Shown here piece after piece: positions 53,986 through 64,000 of a DNA stretch of 64,000 bases. The notes beneath the pieces were generated by a model, which saw nothing but the letters and a program-made list of their open reading frames with translations, ran no database searches and was not told where the DNA came from. The stretch spans positions 2,848,001-2,912,000 of the forward strand of contig OZ250169.1 of assembly GCA_965237955.1 (NCBI GenBank). Reading direction: 5' to 3'. The DNA is from Candidatus Marinacidobacterales bacterium. Lineage in GTDB: Bacteria; Acidobacteriota; Vicinamibacteria; Marinacidobacterales; SMYC01. Every line of letters begins with the position of its first letter. The first letter of the stretch is position 1. The position numbers and the translations under genes are program-made.

Positions 53986-56377
53986 ATGGAACTCCGTGAT
54001 CGGCTGGCTGTGAAGGAGGGTCTGGACTATGAGATACCTAAGGTCGCGGACCGACTGCCCTACTTTCTCGGATCGCTCACCCTGTTCGGAATCATCGTTC
54101 AAGTCCTCAGTGGTTTCTACTTAACCCAGTTTTACAATGCGGATCCGGCGAGCGCGCACCAGAGTGTTCTCTACATCGTGAGCCGCGCCCCTTTGGGCGA
54201 TTTTATTCGTGGCATCCACCACTGGAGTGCGGATTTCGTTCTGCTGAGCGTGACCGCGCATCTGCTCTGGGTCTTCTGGAGGGGAAGCTACAAGAAACCC
54301 CGTGAACTGACCTGGTGGGCAGGGGTGCTCATGTTGGGAACGATCTTCCTGATCTATTTCACCGGAACGGTTCTGCCCCGGGATCAGGCAGGCTATGAAG
54401 CCCTGGAGCACTTTGAAGTGGACCCCGTTTTTTAGACCAGGGGTTAAGGTGGTAAAAGAAGCCTGCTCAATCCAAAAAGGAGCAGAGAAAAATGAAAAAG
54501 AGTCGCACGAAACACAGTCCAGTTTTCAAGGCGAAAGTTGCCTTGGCCGTAGTGCGCGAGCAAGAAACGGTGGCGGAGCTGTCCCGCCGGCACAAGGTTC
54601 ACGCGAACCAGATCTACAGGTGGAAGCGGCAGCTTTTGGAGAACGTCGAGCGTGCTTTCGAGTCCGAGGAGATTCGCGAAGGCGACGCGTCGGTGCGCGA
54701 GGCCGAGCTGCTACAGAAAATCGGGGAGCTAAACGGTGGAACGCGACTATTTATCACGCGGGCTCGGTCGATTGCGATGACAGCACGACGGTCGTTGGTC
54801 GAACCCAACGACCCACTGTCGATGCGCTGGCAGTGCGAGCTGCTCGGCGTGAATCGGTCGAGCGTCTACTACGAACCAGTAGAGCCGGATGCGGAGGAAC
54901 TGGCAATGATGCGACGGATGGACGAGCTCCATCTGAAGCATCCGTTTTTCGGCAGCCGCATGATGACGCAGACACTCAAAGCTGAGGGGGCCTTGGTGAA
55001 CCGCAAGCGTGTGCAGAGGCTGATGCGGCTGATGGGGATCGAGAGCACAGCGCCCAAGCCGAACACAAGCAAGCCAGCGCCCGAGCACGCCGTATACCCC
55101 TATTTACTGCGGAACGTGACGGTTTCCCGGGTCAATCAGGTGTGGGCGTCTGACATCACCTACATCCCGATGGCGCGAGGCTTCGTCTACCTGGTGGCGG
55201 TCATCGATTGGTATTCGCGCCGGGTGCTCGCCTGGCGCTTGTCCAACACGTTGGAGACGACTTTCTGTGTGGAGGCCGTGAACGAAGCTGTGGCACGCTA
55301 CGGTTGTCCAGAGATTTTCAACACGGACCAGGGCTCTCAGTTCACGGCGGAGGATTTCACCACCCCACTGCTCGAGCGCGGGATCAAGATCAGCATGGAC
55401 GGCAAGGGCCGCTGCATCGATAACTCCTTCGTCGAGCGGCTCTGGCGTTCGCTGAAGTACGAGGAGGTCTACCTGTACGCCTACGATACCGTGCAAGTCG
55501 CGCGCGCGGGCATTGCTCGCTACATCGATTTTTTCAATGACGAGCGGCCGCACAAGGCGTTAGGCTACCAAACGCCCGCGAGCTTCTACGACGGGCTGCT
55601 CAGCGAGGTTGCTTGAAGGTGATGGCCACAGCGCAAACCACAATGCCTAAAAGTTGTCACTGTGACCATAGGCTCACTTTCCGAAGACTCCCTTTGGGAG
55701 CCTTCGGAAAACAAGATCAAGACTACGACGACATGTTCAACTCGGCAGGCTACACCTTAGCAAGACCCCATTTTGGTCTAGAGAATAGGGTCCACCTCAC
55801 TTTTTTTATAGCGGGGGCTCGCGGCGCCGGTATTTTGGGTGTCATGTTCATGCCGGAGTTTACCCCCAGCGTCGAGATCTTGTCCCGGCTCTATGCCCTT
55901 CACATTAGTGTCTTACCCACTCTTTTGTTCGGCTTTCTAGGGATCCATCTGTTCTTGATCCGCTTTCTCGATATCCACACCCACCCAGGTGAAGAGAAGA
56001 ACGGCCGCACCTTTTTGAATCATTTACGCAAGATGTTTGCTCACGGGTTCCTCTTCTTAGCAGTTGCCGGACTCTTCTCTCTCGTGTTGCCGGCCCATTT
56101 GGGATACCCCGCCGTGGAAGGGGTGGAGATCACCAAGCCCCCTTTCTTCTTTTTGTGGATTTACGCCCTGGAGAATTTGTTCGGAATGAAGGCGCTAGTT
56201 TTCGGGCCGCCGTTCCTCTATCTGTTGCTTTTTCTACCGCCGATCCTCGACCGGAAGGAGTCCACGTTGCCGCACGACCGTAAAGGAATCTTGTCGGTCG
56301 GCTTTGGCTTTCTTCTTCTTCTGCTGGCGCTCGCCATCTACGCCTGGCTCGCCCCGGCACAGCAACACATCATGTAA
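53986..56377 (+). pseudogene. Cytochrome b/b6-like protein split by IS3 (53986-54413 and 55800-56377)
   Basis: IRGIHHWSA, AHLLW, PRELTWWAG, RLYALHI..., GIHL; 'KPPFFF' at the PEWY position. Confidence 0.88.
54414..55799 (+). mobile_element. IS3-family element
   Basis: TG...CA ends with IR TGA(A/G)GTGGACCC; 3-bp TSD CTT; transposase ORF 54492-55616. Confidence 0.95.
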
Positions 56378-56396
56378 ACGCGATAAGGAGAAAAGG

Positions 56397-56951
56397 ATGA
56401 ATAAGCTGAACAGTATCGTCGCTCTGGTAGGATTCTTCACCATGGCCTCCTATTCCCATGCCCATGGGCCCGAGCTGAAGATCGATAAAACGACGGCTGT
56501 GCCGGGAGAAGTGATTACCGTGCAAGGGGAAGGAATCACTGCGAACGGCGAGATCCAGCTCACTTTGAAAGGTATTCTCCGGGATTATTCCCTCGGCAGC
56601 CTCCAGGGTGGCGAGCACGGCGGATTTGAAAAGCAATTCACGCTTCCGAGTGATATTCAACCCGGAAGCTACACCTTGGTTGCTTCGGGAGACGATACCG
56701 CGACCGTCAAGCTGGAGGTCAAGCTCGGTGCTGAATCTGAGATGGCGCACGGTGAAGAAGCCGAGGAGCCCCATGGCGCCTCTGAACAGGCTCACGGAAA
56801 GGAAGGGGGCCTGACGGGCGAAGCCAATGCCGGAGAGATGCACATCGAAAGGAAACGGACGACCGTAGAATGGATCTTCGGCTGGGGGACCGTTCTCCTC
56901 TCTTCATCGCTGGGTGTGGGACTCTTGCGTCGGCGAGACTGGAAGGTGTGA
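56397..56951 (+). CDS. Exported Ig-like protein with His-rich linker and C-terminal TM anchor
   Basis: Signal peptide ending SHA|HG; FTLPSDIQPGSYTLVA; TM followed by RRR. Confidence 0.75.
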   Translation: MNKLNSIVALVGFFTMASYSHAHGPELKIDKTTAVPGEVITVQGEGITANGEIQLTLKGILRDYSLGSLQGGEHGGFEKQFTLPSDIQPGSYTLVASGDDTATVKLEVKLGAESEMAHGEEAEEPHGASEQAHGKEGGLTGEANAGEMHIERKRTTVEWIFGWGTVLLSSSLGVGLLRRRDWKV

Positions 56952-57116
56952 TATCGCCCGGGCGGGACAAACCACCATGTCGAGGCGACAACACGACCGG
57001 CGAGGAGTTGCGGCTGTACGAGCACAACAGTGGGACCGGGCGAGCGAGCGAGAACCGTGCCGGCCCCCCAGTAGGATTCCGTCTGAAGCGCCGGGAACGG
57101 GTGAGGTAGGCACAGC

Positions 57117-57284
57117 ATGAAAACAAGGTGCAACGCGGGACTTCTGATTTTGGTGGGGGCCAGTCTGGCCTCGGCCCAGTCATCCCTCACACCTGATGAG
57201 CAGAACACGATTGCCGTCTTCAACAAGGCCCGGCAAGGGGTCGTTCACATCAAGGTCAGCCAACGCGAGAGCGAGCATTTCGGA
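57117..57284 (+). pseudogene. HtrA/trypsin-like protease N-terminal fragment
   Basis: LTPDEQNTIAVFNKARQGVVHI, then an abrupt join to the next gene. Confidence 0.65.
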
Positions 57285-57807
57285 ACTAGTTTTAGCTGCC
57301 GCCTTGCTTTTTAACTTCGGTGCTTTGACTGCGGTGTTCGCGCAAGTAGAGAACGCCACGGTCGAGGTGGATGGCCTTGCATGCCCGTTCTGCGCCTACG
57401 GGCTGGAAAAAAGACTCAAGGACATTGAGGGTGTTGGCAAGGTTGAGATCAATGTGGCCACGGGAGTGGCGACCCTCGGGAGCAAGAAGGAGAAGTCCAT
57501 TGATGTGGAATCGTTAGAGGCCGCGGTCTCCAGGGCGGGCTTCACCCCTCGCGACGTCACGGTGACCGCGGTGGGCCAAATCAGTACGGCGGATGGCACC
57601 TTGGTGTTCCGTGTCGGCGATGCTGATGTCCAGTTTTTGGTCAAAGAGGATGAAGCGTCTCGAAATATGCAGACCGCAATGACCGGTTCGGAAGGTCGCT
57701 TCCGGGTGACAGGCCGGCTCATTCGTGAAAATCCAAAAGGACACCAGGGGCATCCATACACATTAATCGTCGAACAATTTGACGTCATCAAAGAGAGTAG
57801 CTCATGA
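57285..57807 (+). CDS. Exported heavy-metal-associated (HMA) domain protein; native start lost
   Basis: VDGLACPFCAYGLEKRL...AGFTP. Confidence 0.8.
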
Positions 57808-58622
57808 AAATCAAGTTCGGAGTGGTTCTGTTGGTTCTACTCGCGGTGTTCGCGGGGTGGGCCGGGCTGAGCTGGTTTCCATCGGCGAAGGAGGCCGGAT
57901 ATCGTTCCGTCGTTGCCTGGGGTGAAAGCGGTTCGGACCGCGGGAGCTTGGATGGCCCCATCGGGATTGCCCTTGCCGGTGAGGAAGTCTTCGTGACCGA
58001 CTCCGGAAACCAACGCATCGAGGTCTTCGACCGTAGTGGCAAGTTCCTGCGTGCGTTCGGTCGCGAAGGCGATGGTCCGGGAGAGCTGGACCGGCCGATG
58101 CATATCGAAGCTCGGGACGGCAAGCTCTACGTGGCGGAGTATCTGAACGACCGTATCCAGGTGTTCTCCCTGGCGGGCGAGCCCCTTTCGGTTATCGGAG
58201 GCCCTGGTTGCGTATTCCAGCCATCGTGAACGCCGAATCCAGAGCAAGCTGAACAGCGAATCCGGTGAAGCCGAACGCTCATCGAAGCGATGAAGTGTTG
58301 GGTGACCTCCTTCCCACTGATTGAAAACGTGAACCTATCTTACCTGCGTGTTGTGTAGCAAGGGGCGGCAGGTCGGTGCCGGAGGGAGCGGGCGTAAGGA
58401 AAGACGCGAAGCGACCTTCCCGCTCCCGTAGGCAGCGACCTGCCGCGGCCGAACCCCGGGCGATGTGGGGCTGGTTTCGGGGTGTTGCTGGGGTATGGCC
58501 TGGCTCGAGAAGACGCTTCCTGAGGCATTCTCGCGCGTCGTTTTGGCGCCGCATCGTCTGGTACCCCGGGTTTGGCGGTTTCACCCGTTTTTATCGCATC
58601 GACGCTGTGGTCCCTCGCTCGC

Positions 58623-59381
58623 TCATGCATCGGCGTTGTCAAATGCCTTTGGCGCAGCCTTGGTCTTTCTCAGAGAAGCTCCTTTGAGAGTGATGCGGTG
58701 CGCGCTGTGGAGAATGCGATCGCAGATAGCGTCTGCCTGGTTTGGGTCGCCAATCGCTTCGTGCCACTGCTTGAGCGGAATCTGGGTCGCGATGAGTGTG
58801 GAGCCACGCTCGGCGCGGTCTTCGATGACCTCCATTAGATCCCGTCTCTCCGATTCTTTCAGCGGGTGAAGCAGCCAATCATCGATAGCCAGTAAGTCCA
58901 GCTTGGCGAGTTTCGTCAAAAGCCGGGCGTAGGAACCATCACCACGAGCGACCGCGAGCTCGTGGAGCAAGCGCGGTGCTCACACGTAGCATCCGGTGAA
59001 GCCGCGACGACAGGCCCGCTCCACGAAGGCGCAAGCCAAGAACGATTTGCCAATCCCCGTCGGGCCGGTGATGAGCAGGTTATGGCGCTCACCGACAAAG
59101 CGGCAGTTGCCCAGGCTCAAGATCTGTTCGCGGTTTAAGCCTCGAGGCGCTTGGAAGTTCACGTTCTCCAAACATGCCGGATAGCGGAGCTTTGCCGCTC
59201 GCAGTCGTCGAGAAAGCTTACGCTGTTCGCGGGCGGTCCACTCGGCATCGACCAGGAGTCCCACACGTTCCTCGAAGCTCAGCTCCTTGTATTCGCTCGA
59301 GCTCAACTGGGTTTCGAACGCGGACACCAAGCCGAACAACTTCATGGCGTTCATCTTTTCTATCGTTTCGGGTGTCAGCAT
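58623..59381 (-). pseudogene. istB: IstB AAA+ helper ATPase with an in-frame TGA at 58980
   Basis: GPTGIGKS Walker A; LLAIDDW; both halves are in the same frame. Confidence 0.92.
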
Positions 59382-60931
59382 CGGGACTCTCCTCCTTCGT
59401 AGTGATCCGCGCCTCGGATGTTCTCGTGCTCCTCTCGCGGTTTCGCTTCGGCGTCCGATTCGAGCACCACACGATCCAGACCAGCCGAGAGAATGTTTTT
59501 CACCGTGCGATAGCTGTAAGAGCTCAAAGCTTCCGCTCGTGCGCAAGCGGCCTCGAGACGCTCACTGCCCCAGCGGCTGCCTAGTCGCATGACTCCCAGG
59601 CAAGAGCGAAATCCCTGCTCCGGGTGAGGCCGACTCTCTAGAATCCCCGCAACCAGCCTTCCCGTGGCGCGACCTGACTGCTCCGCCCAGTGGAGCAGCC
59701 GCGACGGCGTCCACTCCAGGTGCTCCCGATGCGAACGTGGCATATGCTCCGGGTTCGTGGAGTAGTGCCCCTTTCCTTTCTTGCGGGGATGCGACGCGAC
59801 GCGCTTTCCCTTGAACAGGACCTCCACCACCGAGGCCGTCACCCGTGCCTCGACTTTCTCGTGAATGAGCTGATAGGGAACGCTGTACAAGTTGTTCTCC
59901 ACCTCCACGTGGTAGTCGATGTTCACTCTGCACCGCTTCCACGTCGATAACTCGTAGCTCTCCTGCGGTAGCGGTTTCAGTACGGGCCGGTCTAGCCTTT
60001 CGTACAACTCCCGCCGACTCACACCGAGCTTCTGCATCGGACGCGCATTCAGGACCTCTAACTTCTCCCAGATGGCTTCGTTCAGTTCCGCCAGGCTGAA
60101 GAACGTGCGATGACGAAGCACCGCCAGGATCCAGCGCTGCGCCACCTGCACTGCCGACTCCACCTTCGCTTTGTCTTTCGGCTTGAACACCCGAGCCGGG
60201 ACCACAACCGCACCGTAATGCGTCGCCAGCTCTTCGTACGTCCGGTTGATCCCTGGCTCGTAACGGTCCACCAAATCCACGCCGCTCTTCAAGTTGTCCG
60301 GAACCCAGATCTCCGTACTGCCACCGAAGTAATCCGACATCCCCTTATGGGCCTTCGCCCACGATTCCAGCGGCTGGTTCAGTGTCGCTTCGACGTAGGT
60401 GTAACTGCTCGCGCCCAACGTCCCGACGAACAGCTCCATTTCGACGAGCTCTCCCGTTTTCGGATCGACGATGTGAGGCTTCTTCCCCGAAAAATCGACG
60501 AATGTCTTCTCGCCTGCTCGATGCCGTTGACGCATCGTCGGGTTCAGCTTCTTCTTCCACTGACCGTACAGCTCGCAATAACGGCTGTAGCCGTACGCTC
60601 CCGGCTTATTCTCCGCGTACTCCACCCACAGCTGCAGCAACGTCAGCTCTCGGTGACGCCTCAGCTCCTCGTGGATGTGGGCATAGTCCAGACCCGGCCG
60701 TGCGCCAGACGAGCCCGGCGGCGGAAACAGCCCTGCCTCCAGCTCCCCGTCGCTCAGCTCCTCCGGGAGCGGCCAGCTCAGACCACCCTTCTTCGCCTTG
60801 GCCAGGTACTCACTCACCGTTCCAACCGCCACGCGAAGTGCCTTTGCGATCATGCGGTGAGTAAAACCCAGCTCGTACTTTAACCTTAGAACCTCTCGTA
60901 TTTTTCTCATCGATAACCTCTTAGCTGCCAT
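59375..60931 (-). CDS. istA: IS21 transposase
   Basis: MRKIREVLRL, FVDFSG, VPDNLK, PKDKAKVE, YSVPY. Confidence 0.97.
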   Translation of the reverse strand: MAAKRLSMRKIREVLRLKYELGFTHRMIAKALRVAVGTVSEYLAKAKKGGLSWPLPEELSDGELEAGLFPPPGSSGARPGLDYAHIHEELRRHRELTLLQLWVEYAENKPGAYGYSRYCELYGQWKKKLNPTMRQRHRAGEKTFVDFSGKKPHIVDPKTGELVEMELFVGTLGASSYTYVEATLNQPLESWAKAHKGMSDYFGGSTEIWVPDNLKSGVDLVDRYEPGINRTYEELATHYGAVVVPARVFKPKDKAKVESAVQVAQRWILAVLRHRTFFSLAELNEAIWEKLEVLNARPMQKLGVSRRELYERLDRPVLKPLPQESYELSTWKRCRVNIDYHVEVENNLYSVPYQLIHEKVEARVTASVVEVLFKGKRVASHPRKKGKGHYSTNPEHMPRSHREHLEWTPSRLLHWAEQSGRATGRLVAGILESRPHPEQGFRSCLGVMRLGSRWGSERLEAACARAEALSSYSYRTVKNILSAGLDRVVLESDAEAKPREEHENIRGADHYEGGESRC

Positions 60932-61758
60932 TTCCTAGATCGTCCTCCTTCCGGGTACGACCTAGAGTTGCCTTGAAACGTGCTATCGATGAGCGTTCGC
61001 GATGCCGGAACCGGCGTTCACGTTGCCTGGAATCCGTGTTCACCTTCCCCGGAATCGATGTTCACGATCCCCGGAATCCGTGTTCACGATGCTTTGGAAT
61101 GGATGTTCACCTTCGGCTGGAATCTGCGTTCACGATGCCCCGGAATACGCACCTGGTTCGGGCCCTGGTGAATTTGATGCGCCGGGCGGACTGGTGGTGG
61201 CGCCGAACGGCGATCTCTACGTCGCCGACTTCTACAACCATCGGGTCCAGCAACTGCGAGCCGACGGTAGCTTCGTGGCCATCCTGGGAACCTCGGGACG
61301 GGCTCGGAGCGGAGCACTGCACTACCCAACGGATATGGCGATCCTACCGGACGGCGGGGTGGTGGCTGCCGATGCTTATAACAACCGTATCCAGATCTTC
61401 GGGCCCGACGGGAGCTTCCGGACGAAGTGGGGCGGACCTCTCGGACTCGGGCTTCCCGGTGGATGGGGCGGGTGGTTCCGCGTCGCCACCGGGGTGGGTG
61501 TTGACTCGGAGGGTCGCATCTACACCGCCGACTTTTACAACCACCGGATCCAGGTCTTCTCGGCGGCGGGCGAGTTTCTCGGGGAGTTCGGCGAGCCGGG
61601 CAGTGGGCCCGGCCAGCTCCAGCATCCGACGGATGTCGCGATCGCTGCAGACGGCTCCATCTATGTCGTGGACTTCGGAAACGATCGCATACAGGTTTTC
61701 CGACAGGAGGGGTGATAGCCCTTGCTGGCCACGACGTGTGCCGGACCAGGAGATTGAG

Positions 61759-62088
61759 ATGGCGACGATTCAGACGCTGACGAACTCAGAAGTCGAATCG
61801 AGGGTGCTGGAGGCGCCGGTGCCGGTGGCGCTGGATTTCTATCAGACCACTTGCCCGCCGTGCCGCGCGCTGGAGCCTCGGTTGCGAGGCGTCGCCGAGC
61901 GATACACTCGCCGGCTCGAGGTGTACCGGGTGGATATCGACCGTGACCTGGAGGTGGCAGAACGCTTCGGCGTCCAAAGCCTGCCGACCGTGCTTGTCTT
62001 CCGTGGCGGGAAAGAGGTTGATCGGCTCGACGGGTTGATTACGAACGACGATCTCGAAGCAGCCTTCGATCGAGCGAGCCGCATTTGA
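61759..62088 (+). CDS. Thioredoxin-family protein
   Basis: LDFYQTTCPPC...FGVQSLPT. Confidence 0.9.
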   Translation: MATIQTLTNSEVESRVLEAPVPVALDFYQTTCPPCRALEPRLRGVAERYTRRLEVYRVDIDRDLEVAERFGVQSLPTVLVFRGGKEVDRLDGLITNDDLEAAFDRASRI

Positions 62089-62184
62089 ATCGTCGGGTCG
62101 ATTGGCCAAACGGTCGAGCGGAATCGAGTTACAAGGGACAGGGATGACCTATGGAAAGGGATCGCAAAAAAGGAGCTTAGCGAT

Positions 62185-62421
62185 ATGACAGGCAGAGTCG
62201 AGTTCACCATATCCGGCGACCAGAAGATCCACTGCGCGGGGTGCGAGCAGCGGATCGAGCGGGCGTTCTGGAATGTACCTGGTGTGCAACAGGTTCGAGC
62301 GGATGCCGACACCCAACAAGTCGTGGCCACAATCGACAGGAAACAAGTCGCGCCGGAACAAGTGCGGGGCAAGCTGGCCGACCTGGGCTACCAGGCGAAT
62401 GTCTCAGGGGGGACGGAATGA
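62185..62421 (+). CDS. CopZ-like metal chaperone
   Basis: IHCAGCEQRI...LGY HMA motif. Confidence 0.88.
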   Translation: MTGRVEFTISGDQKIHCAGCEQRIERAFWNVPGVQQVRADADTQQVVATIDRKQVAPEQVRGKLADLGYQANVSGGTE

Positions 62422-62845
62422 GTGGGAATCGTGGAACGGAGTTCGCGCGGACGAACACTCCCGAGGCTTTCACCCGCGCGGATGGAACCGAGAAGCTCCA
62501 GTTCAAGATCGGCGGGCTGTCGTGTTCCTTCTGTGTGGCGAGCATTACGAAGGCGCTCGGACGGATGGATGGTGTTCGTGAGTTGACGGTGAATCTCGCG
62601 CACGAAGAGGCGCTCGTTGAGTACGAGCCTGCCAAAGTGTCCGCGGCTCAATTGAAACAGACGTTGGTGGACCTCGGCTATACGGTGCGCGACCCGAACA
62701 GAGTGCCCACCTTTGAGGAGGAGGAGGCCGAGCTCCGGCGCGAGCGGAATAAACTGCTTGTGGCAGCGGGTCTCGCCGCCTTCGCGCTGGTTGGCGCGAT
62801 GAGCACGTGGATGCGTGTGCCCATCGGCGGCCTTCCCTGGCTACG
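62418..62845 (+). pseudogene. Heavy-metal P1B-ATPase (CopA-like) N-terminus, truncated after the first TM
   Basis: IGGLSCSFC HMA, DLGYTVRDP, EEEEAELRRER, TM; unrelated sequence follows. Confidence 0.8.
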
Positions 62846-63145
62846 AGAAAAAGGTCCATGCCGTCCGTCCTGGAGCATAGCAAAAGCCCAAGAGCGGCAG
62901 AAGCGACGTGTGGCTAATCCTTCAGGGAAGCAGAAGGTGAGTGCAGGCAGAATTCGGGCCGCTGGACACCGTATGGCGGCATTTTGCTGGGCGGAGGAGG
63001 GGTTTTCTTGGGCGATCACGTTGGCCAAAGGATTCGCGGGCTCCGGAGAGCATCTCGAGGGACCGCCGCGTCATCTGGTCTGCTCTCGAGTTGGGTTGAT
63101 GCTCTCCTGAGGGTTCAATTTAAAGCCCTTTTGAACTGAAACGGA

Positions 63146-63262
63146 AAGTGTTACTCTTGGTCGGAAATTGAAACGGCTCCAAACCCGTAGTTTGATGACG
63201 TTACAACATCAAGCTGCAGGAGAAAGGGGCCCAGATGAGAAGTGTGCTACGTTGGATCAAGT
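63146..63262 (+). mobile_element. Degenerate left end of the 44008-type IS256
   Basis: Similar to 44008-44130 (ttgaaacggctccaaaccc...gagaaagg...agatg). Confidence 0.7.
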
Positions 63263-63311
63263 AAGAAAAGGCCTGACTCCTGGGAGAGGTTCAACCGGAA
63301 GGCGGCGATCG

Positions 63312-64000
63312 ATGTTCCATCATAAGACTCTTATTACATTAGCGGTCGTGGCATTAGGAGCTCCCTCTTTGTCCCCCGCCCAGACCTTCGAAGAGCGCGC
63401 GGCCGAGATTCTGGGAAATATTGGAAACGAGAACGCGCGAAGCGGATCGTTCGCCGACTATGATAACGATGGCGACCCCGATCTTTTCATTCAGGGCACC
63501 GTCCAGGCACAGCGACTGTTGCGAAACAACACCATCGGTTCGGGCAGTGCCACCTTCACCGACGTCACTGTCGAAGTTGGGCTCGACAACTTGGACCAGT
63601 ATGGAAGGAGCTCCGCCTGGGCGGACTACGATGGTGACGGGGACGTCGACCTTTTCCTCGGCCGGGAGCATTCCGGCAATGGAGACACCCGTGGCGATCT
63701 GTTCAGAAACATGCTTATGGAGGGCGGGACCGGGTTCGTGAATTTTGGCGCACAGACCGGACTCGACGACCCTTACAACCATGAAAACATCGCTTGGGTC
63801 GATATCGATCAGGACGGGGACCTGGATCTCCTGGTCCTCATGTTCAGCCAGCCGCATGAGCTCTACGAGCAATTCGCGCCGGGGCAGTTCCGTCCGATCG
63901 GCGAGCAGACCGGTTTCGCCGATCCAACCTCCCATGGTTACGGTTTGGCCATCGGCGATTATGACGGAGACGGGGACGTCGATCTCTATCTCTCAACGTG
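63312..64000 (+). CDS. Second CRTAC1/FG-GAP protein, runs off the window
   Basis: MFHHKTLITLAVVALGAPSLSPAQTFEER..., closely similar to 40606-41300. Confidence 0.92.
   Translation, partial: MFHHKTLITLAVVALGAPSLSPAQTFEERAAEILGNIGNENARSGSFADYDNDGDPDLFIQGTVQAQRLLRNNTIGSGSATFTDVTVEVGLDNLDQYGRSSAWADYDGDGDVDLFLGREHSGNGDTRGDLFRNMLMEGGTGFVNFGAQTGLDDPYNHENIAWVDIDQDGDLDLLVLMFSQPHELYEQFAPGQFRPIGEQTGFADPTSHGYGLAIGDYDGDGDVDLYLST

Larger units (their letters stand above)
58209..61151 (-). mobile_element. IS21-family element
   Basis: TGCGTATTCC...GGAATACGCA ends, multiple GTTCAC-containing end repeats, 6-bp TSD CCTGGT. Confidence 0.97.
57804..61715 (+). pseudogene. NHL-repeat beta-propeller protein split by IS21 (57804-58208 and 61152-61715)
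   Basis: Repeated P.GIA...VYVAD..N.RIQVF; removing IS21 and one TSD restores the frame (GGPGSGPGEF). Confidence 0.92.

Noticed and set aside
58980-58982. Selenocysteine or programmed readthrough in istB
   Set aside because: Best explained as a CGA-to-TGA nonsense change at a position usually Arg; other genes use TGA as stop.
60985-61151. ~22-bp spaced GTTCAC repeats as a mini-CRISPR or iterons
   Set aside because: Typical multiple transposase-binding repeats inside an IS21 end, mirrored at 58209-58280.
40606-64000. Diversity-generating retroelement TR/VR pair
   Set aside because: Differences are not adenine-specific, include synonymous C/T changes, both copies are coding, and no reverse transcriptase is in the window.

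Overview
A 64-kb, GC-rich, heavily rearranged accessory region. The gene style (carboxypeptidase-domain TonB receptors, ADOP permease fragment, FG-GAP/ASPIC proteins) suggests Acidobacteriota, but this is inference only. Intact cargo genes: three CotH-family kinases, a GT-C-type membrane glycosyltransferase, a TlpA redoxin, three TonB-dependent receptors, a DUF2924 plus large serine recombinase pair, a LuxR-type regulator, a CBS protein, an orphan nuclease-like protein and two CRTAC1/FG-GAP paralogues. A copper/heavy-metal cluster at 52-63 kb is being destroyed by IS3, IS21 and deletions. These genes sit among IS110/IS1111, IS256, IS5, IS6, IS3 and IS21 elements and more than 30 solo ends or MITEs of an integrase-core (rve) element group with ~100-bp terminal inverted repeats that apparently end in CG rather than CA. 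Most notable: (i) an intact IS1111-type element whose downstream non-coding RNA carries readable target and donor guides matching its own flanks; (ii) an 8-copy tandem array whose units start exactly at that element's recombination core; (iii) the scaffold of solo ends between cargo segments; (iv) CRTAC1 paralogues whose differences concentrate in a few loops. The density of indels and junctions means assembly or sequencing artefacts must be excluded.
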